From IMG/VR virus record IMGVR_UViG_3300026493_000002: DNA of 64,000 nt; one strand, written 5' to 3'. The first letter of the stretch is position 1, and every line of letters begins with the position of its first letter. This document shows, one piece after another, positions 36,293 to 44,743 of this stretch. The position numbers and the translations under genes were made by a program. The notes under the pieces were generated by a model. The model did not search any database, was not told where the DNA came from, and saw only the letters and a program-made list of their open reading frames with translations. The stretch is from a virus. Lineage: Duplodnaviria; Caudoviricetes.

Positions 36293-36811
36293 TCAGCGCG
36301 TGCCGGTCGAGCCGAAGCCGCCGCTGCCGCGTTCGGTGTCATTCAACGTACGGCCTTCGCTGATGCGGCAGATCGGCACCAGCACGATGACGCCCTGTGC
36401 AATGCGGTCGCCATGCGTGATCGTCACAGCCGCGCTGCCGCTGTTCTGCAACACCACACCGATTTCACCGCGGTAGTCGTTGTCGATGGTGCCCGGGCTG
36501 TTCAGCACATGCACACCCTGCTTGTAGGCCATGCCCGAGCGCGAACGGATCTGGAGCTCCGGACGGAACGCCATGCCGGGAACGATGTGATGGTTCGGAT
36601 CGGCCGGGGCGCCGACGTGCTGCATGGAGTTGAAGGAGACTTCGGACGGCGGCTGCCACGCGAGGCCGGTGCCGATCAGCGCACGATGACCAGGCTCGAT
36701 GACAACCTCTTTACCCAGCACGGCACGGAGGTCGAAGCCGCTCGCGCCAGAAGAGGCGTACTCGGGCAGGGTTGCTTCGGGATTGATGCGGATGAATTCG
36801 ATGTTGAGCAT
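36293..36811 (-). CDS. dut: Trimeric dUTPase
   Basis: SGFDL, RSRSG, GTIDNDYRGEI, RIAQG, RGSGGFGSTG. Confidence 0.97.
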   Translation of the reverse strand: MLNIEFIRINPEATLPEYASSGASGFDLRAVLGKEVVIEPGHRALIGTGLAWQPPSEVSFNSMQHVGAPADPNHHIVPGMAFRPELQIRSRSGMAYKQGVHVLNSPGTIDNDYRGEIGVVLQNSGSAAVTITHGDRIAQGVIVLVPICRISEGRTLNDTERGSGGFGSTGTR

Positions 36812-36849
36812 TGCAGTTCCTTGTTGTAGTCAGCGGTGTTGTGGGTGAA

Positions 36850-37188
36850 TCAAACTTCTACGGTGTTGTCGAGGATCTTCTTCCACTCTTCCTCGACCTG
36901 CTTGGTGATCTGGATCGTGGCCTCTGCGATCACGAGGCGCGTGCGCTCTTCCAGCGTGCCCAGGTTGACGACACCGAGCTCGGTATCATTGGGCGGAGGC
37001 GGCGCGAAGTCTTCGAGGGGTGAGCCTGCTGCGAAGTAACGCACGCAACGAATGCCATCAACCACGTCGATGCGAGGCTGGCTCAGTTGGCTTTCAACGT
37101 AATCCAGCAACTTCTGATCGCTGTCCGAGTTGCATACGGCCTGCGTCTCGAATGGCGGGATCACCTGTTTCAGGCGAAGAATGAACAT
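36850..37188 (-). CDS. Hypothetical protein
   Basis: Likely start ATG 37188 with GGAG SD, behind CTGTAAAG. Confidence 0.7.
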   Translation of the reverse strand: MFILRLKQVIPPFETQAVCNSDSDQKLLDYVESQLSQPRIDVVDGIRCVRYFAAGSPLEDFAPPPPNDTELGVVNLGTLEERTRLVIAEATIQITKQVEEEWKKILDNTVEV

Positions 37189-37232
37189 TGGAATCTCCGA
37201 TTTGGACACGTTTCTTTACAGTATCACATGCG

Positions 37233-37257
37233 AAAAAGGCCCGCATGAGCGAGCCTT
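37233..37257 (-). terminator. Rho-independent terminator
   Basis: Minus strand AAGGCTCGC-TCAT-GCGGGCCTTTTTCG; no credible coding gene directly upstream. Confidence 0.75.
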
Positions 37258-37780
37258 GATGCGCGACGTGCGCGAGAAATCTGGTATTTTCGGGTCGCGT
37301 CAACTCGCGCGCGCAGAGAGTCTGCACAAGCACCGCTTCGCTTCGCTCCGCGGCTTCTTCGCGGAGGTAGATAAAATGGAGGTCCGACCGGGACCTATAT
37401 TGTCCCCCATGCCCGAGTCAGCCAGCTGATCCAGGGGCAGGATCGGATCAAACTGGCGACTTGGGCTAGATTCTAGTCGGGACTGTCTCGCTGCACTCGC
37501 CAGTCCGTCTTCTCGCGACGGTAACCGTCGCTGCCAGACGGCAGGGAATCAACTGCATTCACTCGCTGCGCTCGCTCACTGGCGCTTCGCGCCCAGCTGG
37601 CTGCATCACAGCACTGGCATTCATCGTTGGCGGATCATTCGCATTCGCACACACTTACCGTCACGCCATCAATCCGGCGCGACTCGCAGCGCCGTGAACG
37701 GCTCGCACGCACGAATGGACCACTCATACTCGGTACCTATCCAGGCACACTCATATTCGACAATCGCACATTCGTACTAC
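37233..37780 (-). ncRNA. Candidate ~550-nt highly structured non-coding RNA (or primer/origin transcript)
   Basis: Bounded by CTGTAAAC (37784-37791) and a terminator; no ORF of 60 aa or more contained in it; many hairpins and a 10-bp long-range helix. Confidence 0.5.
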
Positions 37781-37823
37781 GGAGTTTACAGTACGTGTTT
37801 TGAAAAACGCTGTTTTTGGTCAA

Positions 37824-37919
37824 TTTTTCACCAGTTTGAGGCGCTGTAAGTCATTGATTCTGTTAAAGAAAAAAGAATAAATCCCTGATTTTCCGCATTT
37901 GGCGATTTTTTCACCAGTT
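37824..37919. other. AT-rich origin/packaging-like segment with 13-bp direct repeats and an IHF site
   Basis: TTTTTCACCAGTT at 37824 and 37907; IHF consensus AATCAATGACTTA (minus, 37847-37859) with adjacent A-tract. Confidence 0.55.
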
Positions 37920-38091
37920 AGGAAAGTCGAAACACGTTTCCGATATTTACGGTGTACCGGACGGGAGCCACGCCAAGCCACTCGGAGCGCACTTCTCCTC
38001 GTAGGATTTCGCCTTGCACTTAGGACGATCGACCCTGCGCTGCTGTCGCGTGTGAGCATAGGGTGAAGTCGCCGAGTTGCGAATCGGAGAC

Positions 38092-38131
38092 AAAAAGAAG
38101 GGCTCCAAAGCAATTACGCTCGGGAGCCCTT
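38092..38131 (-). terminator. Rho-independent terminator
   Basis: AAGGGCTCC...GGAGCCCTT stem followed by CTTTTTG on minus strand. Confidence 0.75.
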
Positions 38132-38143
38132 AAGGAATCACTG

Positions 38144-38239
38144 TGGCGAGAGAGTCAGCATGTCGGCGTCTGAAAGGAGGTAACTCCCACCGACCTCTGA
38201 GCTATAACGTTCGGCACCGCTACCGTTCGTTACGCTCTC
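38144..38239 (-). ncRNA. Candidate ~96-nt structured small RNA ending in GCCA
   Basis: CTAATTT motif immediately upstream; GAGAG/CTCTC closing stem, two internal hairpins; terminator downstream. Confidence 0.35.
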
Positions 38240-38274
38240 AAATTAGATTTATTCCTCACTCGCACATGTATGCG

Positions 38275-39381
38275 TTATGCCTCTTTGGCAATGCGCTGCG
38301 CTTCAACGTGAGCCATCGCTTCACGTACCCAACCGCGGGCCTTGGCGTGCAGCTTCTTGTCCTCGATGCCTTCGCGTTTGAGGAACCTCTTCAAGCCCGT
38401 AGTCGGATTGAACTTCGGCAGATCACCGACCTGTGCGCTGGCGCCACGTGCAGCCTCGACTACCTCTTCGATGCTCATAGTGGACGTGTTGACGCCAGTG
38501 ATGTGGACGATGTTGGGGAACATCTGCGTGAGGTTCTTCGGCACCAAGATGCCGGCCGTGCGATCAACGAACAACTTGTAACGGATGTTCTGGTCCTTCT
38601 TGATCTTGTCCCAGTCACTTTGGTCCTTGATGACCAAGTTCTCCAGGATGAAGTTCGGCTTGCTGTCGATGAAGGTGTGCTTGAACTGGAGAACGTCCGA
38701 GCCCTTCTTGTACCCGGCCTTGAACTCCAAGAAGCCCTTCGGCAGACTCTCACCGAAGTTCTTTTGGTACAGCGTGCCGACGTAGGTCAGACGCTTCTTC
38801 TTCATTTCCTGGTACTGATGGATGTGGCCAGATACGATGTAGTCGTTGGCGGTACGTACCACCTTCTCCTCGTTGCCCGACTTGAGCTTGCGCCCATTGT
38901 CACCGATTGCGCCAGCCGTTTCGATGTGCGCGAAGATCAATCGGCCACGACCGTCCTTAGCCTCAGGCGCCTCGTAAGAGGGCCAGGGCAGGAACGATAC
39001 GTTCACGCCATCAATCTTCATCGTGTCGGCTTGGTTCATGATTTTGAGGCGCTTGAACACGCCGCCATCAGCCAGCACGTTCAGCACGTCGAGGGAGGTC
39101 TTGAACTTATGCTCCACGTCGTGGTTGCCACGCATGTAGTAGGTCCAGACCTCTTCGTCCCACAGCAGCAGGTGAGTAACCAGCCGAATGAAGTTGTCCT
39201 CATCCATCACCGGGCTGTCGCACAGATCACCAGGCACAAACACCTTGTCCAGACCGTTGCCGGTCGCGTGGTTGTAGACCTTGGTGATTTCGTTGAACTG
39301 GAGTTCAGGCGCACGAGGACCCAACGGCTTATACATGCCCGTCAGATGCCAGTCGCTGGTAATTACCCCTTCGAGAGCCAT
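38275..39381 (-). CDS. sbcD: SbcD/Mre11 (gp47-like) metallophosphoesterase nuclease
   Basis: TSDWH, PGDLCD, RGNHD, FAHIE, SGHIH motifs. Confidence 0.93.
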   Translation of the reverse strand: MALEGVITSDWHLTGMYKPLGPRAPELQFNEITKVYNHATGNGLDKVFVPGDLCDSPVMDEDNFIRLVTHLLLWDEEVWTYYMRGNHDVEHKFKTSLDVLNVLADGGVFKRLKIMNQADTMKIDGVNVSFLPWPSYEAPEAKDGRGRLIFAHIETAGAIGDNGRKLKSGNEEKVVRTANDYIVSGHIHQYQEMKKKRLTYVGTLYQKNFGESLPKGFLEFKAGYKKGSDVLQFKHTFIDSKPNFILENLVIKDQSDWDKIKKDQNIRYKLFVDRTAGILVPKNLTQMFPNIVHITGVNTSTMSIEEVVEAARGASAQVGDLPKFNPTTGLKRFLKREGIEDKKLHAKARGWVREAMAHVEAQRIAKEA

Positions 39382-39390
39382 CGTATTGCC

Positions 39391-40422
39391 TTACAGGAAA
39401 TGGGTGTAGAGTGCCGACCGAGGAGGGCTCGGTTGAGGCTCGTCGCTGTGTGGATCATCGCGCCTGCGCTTCCGCCAGCCAACCATTTTGATCTGGTAAC
39501 GGACGTGCGCCAGTTCGTACTCCATGGCGCGATTGTCTTTGTTCATGGCCGATGCGTACTGCATGGCCGCAATACCGGCGCCGGACTGCTGTGCGATCCT
39601 GAACAGGGTGAACGCATCACTCGCGGTCAGTTCGGAGAGTTGGGCCAGACGGCGCTTCAAAGCCTGACGCAGCTTCTCCAACTTCGCACGCTTGCGATCG
39701 GTACGGCTGTTCTTGTCGCCGCTGATTGCATCCCAGATTTCGGCCAGACCGTCGAGGTCCAGTTCGTCGTAGAGCTTGCGCGCATCGCGGAACAGCGCGT
39801 GCATCAGTTCGTCCTTGGTCCGATCCGGGTGCGTGCGACCCGCAATCTTGTTCCACAGGGCTTTGCAGAGACGCCGGCGATTACGTGTACCGCGCTGAAT
39901 CTCGGCCTTCTCTTTGGCGTCGCGGAAAGCCTTGCCCAACTTGGAGCGCGGGTCATCGAAGCCAACTACGTCTTCTTCATCGTAATCGCCTTCGTCCTCC
40001 TCGTCGTCTTCCAGATTGGACCGCTCCTCGCGTTCGTCTTCGTCACCATCTGGAACATCATCGGCCGAGAAAGCGGCATTACGCAACTCTCTTTCCAGGT
40101 CGAGCAGTTCGCCACGTGCCTCAGCTAACGCGCTGGAGAGCCTGATCTTGCGCTCGAAGTGGCCGGCAACCGTCGGATGCGAGTTCATTTCAACGCCGAA
40201 GTCTTCCAACTTCGTTTGCAGGCGTGACGCCAGATCGTCTACGTGGAGGAACTCCTTCTCCACCTTGTCGTGTTCGCTATCGAGGTCCTCTTCCTTGATG
40301 CGGCTGTCGGGATCAAAGTCGGAGTGCTGGATCGCTAGATCGAGGGCAGTCTGGCGTACTACCAAACTGCCCTCGCGAACGATCAACGCTTTCGAGGTTT
40401 CGATTTGGGTGAACTCGTCCAT
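39391..40422 (-). CDS. Coiled-coil protein with a degenerate J-domain (HPD)
   Basis: KALWNKIAGRTHPDRT...LFRDARKLYD resembles J-domain helices II-III; acidic linker. Confidence 0.7.
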   Translation of the reverse strand: MDEFTQIETSKALIVREGSLVVRQTALDLAIQHSDFDPDSRIKEEDLDSEHDKVEKEFLHVDDLASRLQTKLEDFGVEMNSHPTVAGHFERKIRLSSALAEARGELLDLERELRNAAFSADDVPDGDEDEREERSNLEDDEEDEGDYDEEDVVGFDDPRSKLGKAFRDAKEKAEIQRGTRNRRRLCKALWNKIAGRTHPDRTKDELMHALFRDARKLYDELDLDGLAEIWDAISGDKNSRTDRKRAKLEKLRQALKRRLAQLSELTASDAFTLFRIAQQSGAGIAAMQYASAMNKDNRAMEYELAHVRYQIKMVGWRKRRRDDPHSDEPQPSPPRSALYTHFL

Positions 40423-41327
40423 TGTTTGTAGTTTTGTCTAATCAACGTGTAGGTTTGAGTCAGGTCGAGCCGCTCACAGAACGCCTTGACGCGCTCACGG
40501 TCGTATGTGGGATGCGGAAATACCAGGTCTTCGTCCGTGACCTTGTGCTTCTCGTCGCAGGGCAGTCGGATGATCTTCGGTGTGACCTTGAGATCCTCGC
40601 GAGAGGCACTAAACGACTCCATCAGGGCCGGCTTCAATTCCTTGCGGTTCTTGAGAATGGTCTTGAGGTCGCCGTAGTCTTCGAGCAGTGAACGTGCAGT
40701 CGCAGGACCACACCCGACGACGCCCTTGATGTTGTCCACCTTGTCGCCCAGCAGGCACAGGTAGTCAACGATCTGGGACGGGCGTACACCAAACTTGTGG
40801 TACACTTCGGTCGGGCCCATCAGCGTGCGATCAGGAGTCATCACGCGAATGTTGCCGCCACAAAGCTGCATCATGTCCTTGTCGTTGGTGCACATGATGA
40901 CTTCCCAGCCGCGATCCGCGTATTCCTTCGCGAGCGTGCCCATCAGGTCATCGGCTTCGACGCCGGTCTTGCGGATGATGCGGAAGCCCATGCGCTTCAA
41001 CAGCTTGCGCAGGTCAGGACATTGGCCGTGCATTTCAGCCAGCTGTCGCAGACGCTCCTTGGTCTTCTTGTCCTTCTTCGCCTTCCACTCCTGGCGATTC
41101 TGCTTGTACTTCGGATAGACTTCGCAACGCCAGTTCGGCTTGCCTCCCTTATCGAACACGACGCCGACGTGAGTCGGACGCAGGCGGATAAGATCGGCCA
41201 TCAGGATGTTGAGAAATCCCTTGATTGCGTTCGTCGGGGTGCCATCCCGGCTTTTCAACTTCGGCGTGGCGTGATACGCCCGATTGAGGTAATTGTTACC
41301 GTCAATCAGGATCAATTTCTGGCCCAT
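40383..41327 (-). CDS. 5'-3' exonuclease / flap endonuclease (Pol I N-terminal / T4 RNase H-like)
   Basis: LILIDGNNYLNRAYHA, GVEADDLMGTLA, TNDKDMMQL, LLGDKVDNIKGVVGCGPATA. Confidence 0.95.
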   Translation of the reverse strand: MGQKLILIDGNNYLNRAYHATPKLKSRDGTPTNAIKGFLNILMADLIRLRPTHVGVVFDKGGKPNWRCEVYPKYKQNRQEWKAKKDKKTKERLRQLAEMHGQCPDLRKLLKRMGFRIIRKTGVEADDLMGTLAKEYADRGWEVIMCTNDKDMMQLCGGNIRVMTPDRTLMGPTEVYHKFGVRPSQIVDYLCLLGDKVDNIKGVVGCGPATARSLLEDYGDLKTILKNRKELKPALMESFSASREDLKVTPKIIRLPCDEKHKVTDEDLVFPHPTYDRERVKAFCERLDLTQTYTLIRQNYKQWTSSPKSKPRKR

Positions 41328-41365
41328 CGTGGGTACCCTTTATGCTGTGGCCTTTCAAGGCTTCT

Positions 41366-41704
41366 TTACAGAACTGCCGCCAGCTTGGGAATTGCCAGCA
41401 GGGCCTTATTTTTGTGGGATGTATCGACTTCGCGCAACCAGGTCTCGTTATACGCCTGCAGCCTGCCCAGCGCTGCCCGCAAATCGACACCATCCTGCCT
41501 GTAGCCGGACAACTCGTACCAGCCTGTACCGCTGATCTTCCGTACGCGGATACCGTGACGGTAACTGACAATGACTCCGCGATTCTTTCTCAGGACAAGA
41601 AGCTGTTCCGGAAGGCTCTCTCCGTCTGCCCGGAGAAAACGCTTTAGGACTTCAATCCCGACTTGCACGCGGGCCACAAACTCACAGTCTTTGACGACTA
41701 TCAT
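41366..41704 (-). CDS. Hypothetical protein
   Basis: 112 aa; GTAATTT motif about 65 nt upstream. Confidence 0.65.
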   Translation of the reverse strand: MIVVKDCEFVARVQVGIEVLKRFLRADGESLPEQLLVLRKNRGVIVSYRHGIRVRKISGTGWYELSGYRQDGVDLRAALGRLQAYNETWLREVDTSHKNKALLAIPKLAAVL

Positions 41705-41794
41705 AAATCACCTGATTGATATAAGGAACGAGGTCGGCGGTTGTGATATTCCGCTTCACCTCACTCCGAAATTACAACTCAGGAGGCAGAAACA

Positions 41795-41817
41795 CAAAAG
41801 GGCCCCGAAGGGCCCTT
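41795..41817 (-). terminator. Rho-independent terminator
   Basis: AAGGGCCC-TTCG-GGGCCCTTTTGT on minus strand. Confidence 0.85.
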
Positions 41818-41825
41818 AAGTGGCA

Positions 41826-42476
41826 TTACTCGGCCGCATCGTCGCCGTGGCCGTTCTCGATCACCTTGAAGAAGCGATTGAGGTCACGGATCTGGATCGT
41901 GCAGTCGTCCAGCGGCGAATGCACACGGCTGTGGTCATTCGGGCCGTACTTGGGATGACCCAGGATTTCCAGCACGGTGCGAAGCGTACGGACGTCGAAC
42001 TCCTTCTGGTAGTGGCAGAAGTCGCGCGTCACACCCAGCACGTTGCAGCTGTGATGGATCTTCATGCAGTCGAAGCTCGGGCTGTTCGCCACGATGTAGT
42101 CCGGCTTGACGCGCAGCATCCACTCACGGAAGTTGCTCATGACCACGACCGCATCCATGCCCTGCGTGTAGGCACGATCCAGTTCGATCATGTTCTTCTC
42201 GCGGGTCCACTCCAGGGTAGACTCGCTGGTGGTGAATCCGCTGTGTTGCAGCATGGCGACCGGATCGGCGTACAGCAGGAAGTCCGGGCTGTCCACGTCG
42301 AACGCGGTGTCATCGGGGCAGATTTCCGATTCACCCGGATCCTCACCGAACACGAACTCACGTGCGGCGAGGGCATACCACGCAGCAGTGGGTTCGGTGT
42401 CGAAAGTCTCAAGGTCAACCATCACACCCTTGAGGCCTGCGAGTCTTGCGTGCATCGCAGGAATGGAAAAGCTCAT
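41826..42476 (-). CDS. DEDDh 3'-5' exonuclease (DnaQ / phage exonuclease VIII-like)
   Basis: VMVDLETFDT, ANSPSFDCMKI, HSPLDDCTIQ. Confidence 0.88.
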   Translation of the reverse strand: MSFSIPAMHARLAGLKGVMVDLETFDTEPTAAWYALAAREFVFGEDPGESEICPDDTAFDVDSPDFLLYADPVAMLQHSGFTTSESTLEWTREKNMIELDRAYTQGMDAVVVMSNFREWMLRVKPDYIVANSPSFDCMKIHHSCNVLGVTRDFCHYQKEFDVRTLRTVLEILGHPKYGPNDHSRVHSPLDDCTIQIRDLNRFFKVIENGHGDDAAE

Positions 42477-42811
42477 GGCAGATTTCTCCGGTAACTAAAC
42501 GGCGAATGTACGTTGCTCATGCCCCTGTTCTGGGCATGTTTCTTGTTCGCCTCTTGGGAAGGGGCGGCACGCAGACGTTCCATCATCTGCTCATGGGTGA
42601 TACGATTCTCCGGTGCCGTAAGCTGCATGAATTCCGTACACGCTTGGCACTGGCGAGTCATCATAGAAGTCTTGACAGTGATAGAGCCCGGCGTGACGCC
42701 AAGATTGCCCAGTCCCTTGCTGTCGTCAAGGTGGGCCGCGCGTCGCTTCCTACAATCCATAACAGGCATCGTGATAGCGAACGACGGGCAGGTGAAATAT
42801 TCAGTTGTCAT
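42473..42811 (-). CDS. Hypothetical protein with Cys motifs
   Basis: 112 aa, ATGA-coupled to the downstream exonuclease; CQAC. Confidence 0.5.
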   Translation of the reverse strand: MTTEYFTCPSFAITMPVMDCRKRRAAHLDDSKGLGNLGVTPGSITVKTSMMTRQCQACTEFMQLTAPENRITHEQMMERLRAAPSQEANKKHAQNRGMSNVHSPFSYRRNLP

Positions 42812-42866
42812 ATGCGTTTAATGGGAGTTGGGAGAGGGCCGCCTCGTCCAGCCCTCTCCCGTCTAC

Positions 42867-44657
42867 TCAATCCTCGTCGTCGGAATCGTCGGTATCGGTG
42901 TCGGCGTCGTCTTCCTCGTCGCCGTCTTCCTTCTCACCGCCCGAACGGCGATGCTCGATGAACAGCGCCATGCCGTCCTTGTTCTGGATCTGGTCGATGC
43001 AGAACTCGCGAAGGTCGAACCGCTTGAGGCCGTACTTCTCGCAGACTTCCTTCTGCTGCTTCTTGGTGCCCAGGATCAGCATCTTGAAGTCCAGCCACTC
43101 CATCGGCTTTTCGTTCGAGTGCTTCTTGATCTTGAGGGTCATTTTCTTGCGACCCTTGTGGCTGATCTGGCCGGTGTTGTCGAGATACATGAAGGTATCC
43201 CAGACCGGATCAAAGCCGCGCGGCTCTTCGTTACCGTCCTTGATCCACAGGCGCAGCCAGCCTTCCATGTAGGGCATGCCCAGCTTGTTCTTGATGCCGC
43301 GCACATGGATGAATCGGTACAGGTCCTTCGCCTTGCGCACGGTGACGCTCGGCTCTTCGATCTGCTGGCCCTTGCCGGTGACGTACGGAACACTGCTCAG
43401 TGCGCGAGCGGAGAATCGCAGGCGGCAGTCGGAGAAGTATTTCAGGGCGTCGCCGCAGGGTTCGTACTCGGGGCTGCCGTACATGACACCCGGCCGCTGA
43501 CGCAGCTGGTTCACGCCGACGACTGCGATACGCTTGGAGGACATGCGGCCCTTCACACGACGCAACTGCTCGGAGAACATACGAGCCTGCGCCGCCATGC
43601 CGGCGTTCTTGTCCTCTTCGTCCAGCTTCTCGCCCAGCATTGCCGGGTAGGAGTCGACGATGGCCAGTGCCTGCAGCGTGCCATCCTTCGCAGGAACACG
43701 CAGCTTCTTGGTGGAGCGCCAGTAGTTCTTGTCGAACTGGTCACCAACCAACTTGCGGTTGTCCTTGGTGTCCTCGTAGACGTAGTACCACTTGTCGCCG
43801 ACGCAAATCTTGTCGGGCAGACGCTTTTCCAGCTTGTAGATGTAGTCGAAGAACTTCTCGGCCACCTGCGGCTTCTGATAACGCACGCGCGGCTTGGTGA
43901 TCCACTTCGAGGTACGCGGATCCTGCTCGCCGAAGACCTGATGGATGGTCATCGGGACCTTGTAGGTCTTGAGCATGTGGCCGATGTAGTCCGGCTGGCC
44001 CGAACCCTCGTAGTCCCAGTAGGACAGGATCGGCACGGCACTCATGAGGGATGCAATCAGCATCGTCATGGCACCAGTCGACTTGCACGACTGCTCCGGA
44101 CCGAACGAGGTGTACCAGCCGGCGGTCAAGCCCTTGCCAACGACCAGGTCGAGTACCAGGCTGCCCGTATGCTGACGCGCCTCTTCGAGGTTCAGCGACG
44201 AACCGCCGAGGCCCAGGTCCTTGTCGATGTTGTCCAGCACGTCGTCGATGTTGCCGTACGGATTGAAAGCGTTGTGGATCGCCTCGTCCAGCTTCTTGTG
44301 CTTGGACTTCTTGCCGGCCTTACCCTTGGCCGGCGCTTCATCCTCTTCATCGTCGTCTTCGGACTTGCCGCGCTTCTTCTTGCGCTCGGTGTCCTTGGCC
44401 TTCGACTTCTTCGACTTGCGATCTTCCTTCTCGGCTTTCGCCTTCTTGCCCTTGGGTGCCTTCTCGGCCTTCTCGGCACGCGCACCCTTCTTCGACTTCT
44501 TGGACTTCGGACTTTCGTCTTCATCCTTGGCGCGCTTGGACTTCTTCGCCTTCTCCGGCTTTTCAGCCTTGGCGACCTTGCGCTTCTTCTTGACGTCCTC
44601 GTCCTTCGACTTCTTGGACGTCTTCTTGGTCTTCTCGGCCTTTGCTGCGCGAGCCAT
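42867..44657 (-). CDS. recA: RecA/UvsX-like recombinase with long K-rich N-terminal extension and acidic tail
   Basis: HTGSLVLDLVVG, Walker A GPEQSCKST, IVDSYPAM, AAQARMFSEQLRRV, VGVNQLR, GDALKYFSDCRL. Confidence 0.88.
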   Translation of the reverse strand: MARAAKAEKTKKTSKKSKDEDVKKKRKVAKAEKPEKAKKSKRAKDEDESPKSKKSKKGARAEKAEKAPKGKKAKAEKEDRKSKKSKAKDTERKKKRGKSEDDDEEDEAPAKGKAGKKSKHKKLDEAIHNAFNPYGNIDDVLDNIDKDLGLGGSSLNLEEARQHTGSLVLDLVVGKGLTAGWYTSFGPEQSCKSTGAMTMLIASLMSAVPILSYWDYEGSGQPDYIGHMLKTYKVPMTIHQVFGEQDPRTSKWITKPRVRYQKPQVAEKFFDYIYKLEKRLPDKICVGDKWYYVYEDTKDNRKLVGDQFDKNYWRSTKKLRVPAKDGTLQALAIVDSYPAMLGEKLDEEDKNAGMAAQARMFSEQLRRVKGRMSSKRIAVVGVNQLRQRPGVMYGSPEYEPCGDALKYFSDCRLRFSARALSSVPYVTGKGQQIEEPSVTVRKAKDLYRFIHVRGIKNKLGMPYMEGWLRLWIKDGNEEPRGFDPVWDTFMYLDNTGQISHKGRKKMTLKIKKHSNEKPMEWLDFKMLILGTKKQQKEVCEKYGLKRFDLREFCIDQIQNKDGMALFIEHRRSGGEKEDGDEEDDADTDTDDSDDED

Positions 44658-44692
44658 GTGTTGAATCCCGTGATATGAATTTCAGATAAGAC

Positions 44693-44712
44693 AAAAGGGG
44701 CACGAAGCCCCT
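44693..44712 (-). terminator. Rho-independent terminator
   Basis: AGGGGC-TTCG-TGCCCCTTTTGT on minus strand after the SSB gene. Confidence 0.85.
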
Positions 44713-44743
44713 AATGTCCCCACTCAGAGAGCGACGTTACCGC

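Noticed and set aside
19867-36811. DNA hypermodification pathway
   Set aside because: The enzymes seen (Dcd, Dut, ThyX, Tmk, HAD, MazG) fit ordinary dTTP supply. No hydroxymethylase, glycosyltransferase, Dpd or PurZ-like gene is recognisable in this window.
37889-37897. TTTTCCGCA as a DnaA box
   Set aside because: It is a single copy with one mismatch to TTWTNCACA, which is expected by chance in AT-rich DNA.
37820-38113. 97-aa ORF across the AT-rich IHF/repeat segment, and ORFs 37094-37333 and 37130-37429
   Set aside because: Codon usage is atypical, there is no SD, and they cross terminators or the repeat/IHF element; they are likely non-coding.
38144-38239. Canonical tRNA (or tRNA-Sec) call for the 96-nt CCA-ending element
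   Set aside because: It has no TTCGA T-loop and no 5-bp anticodon stem with a 7-nt loop, so it is kept only as a structured-RNA candidate.
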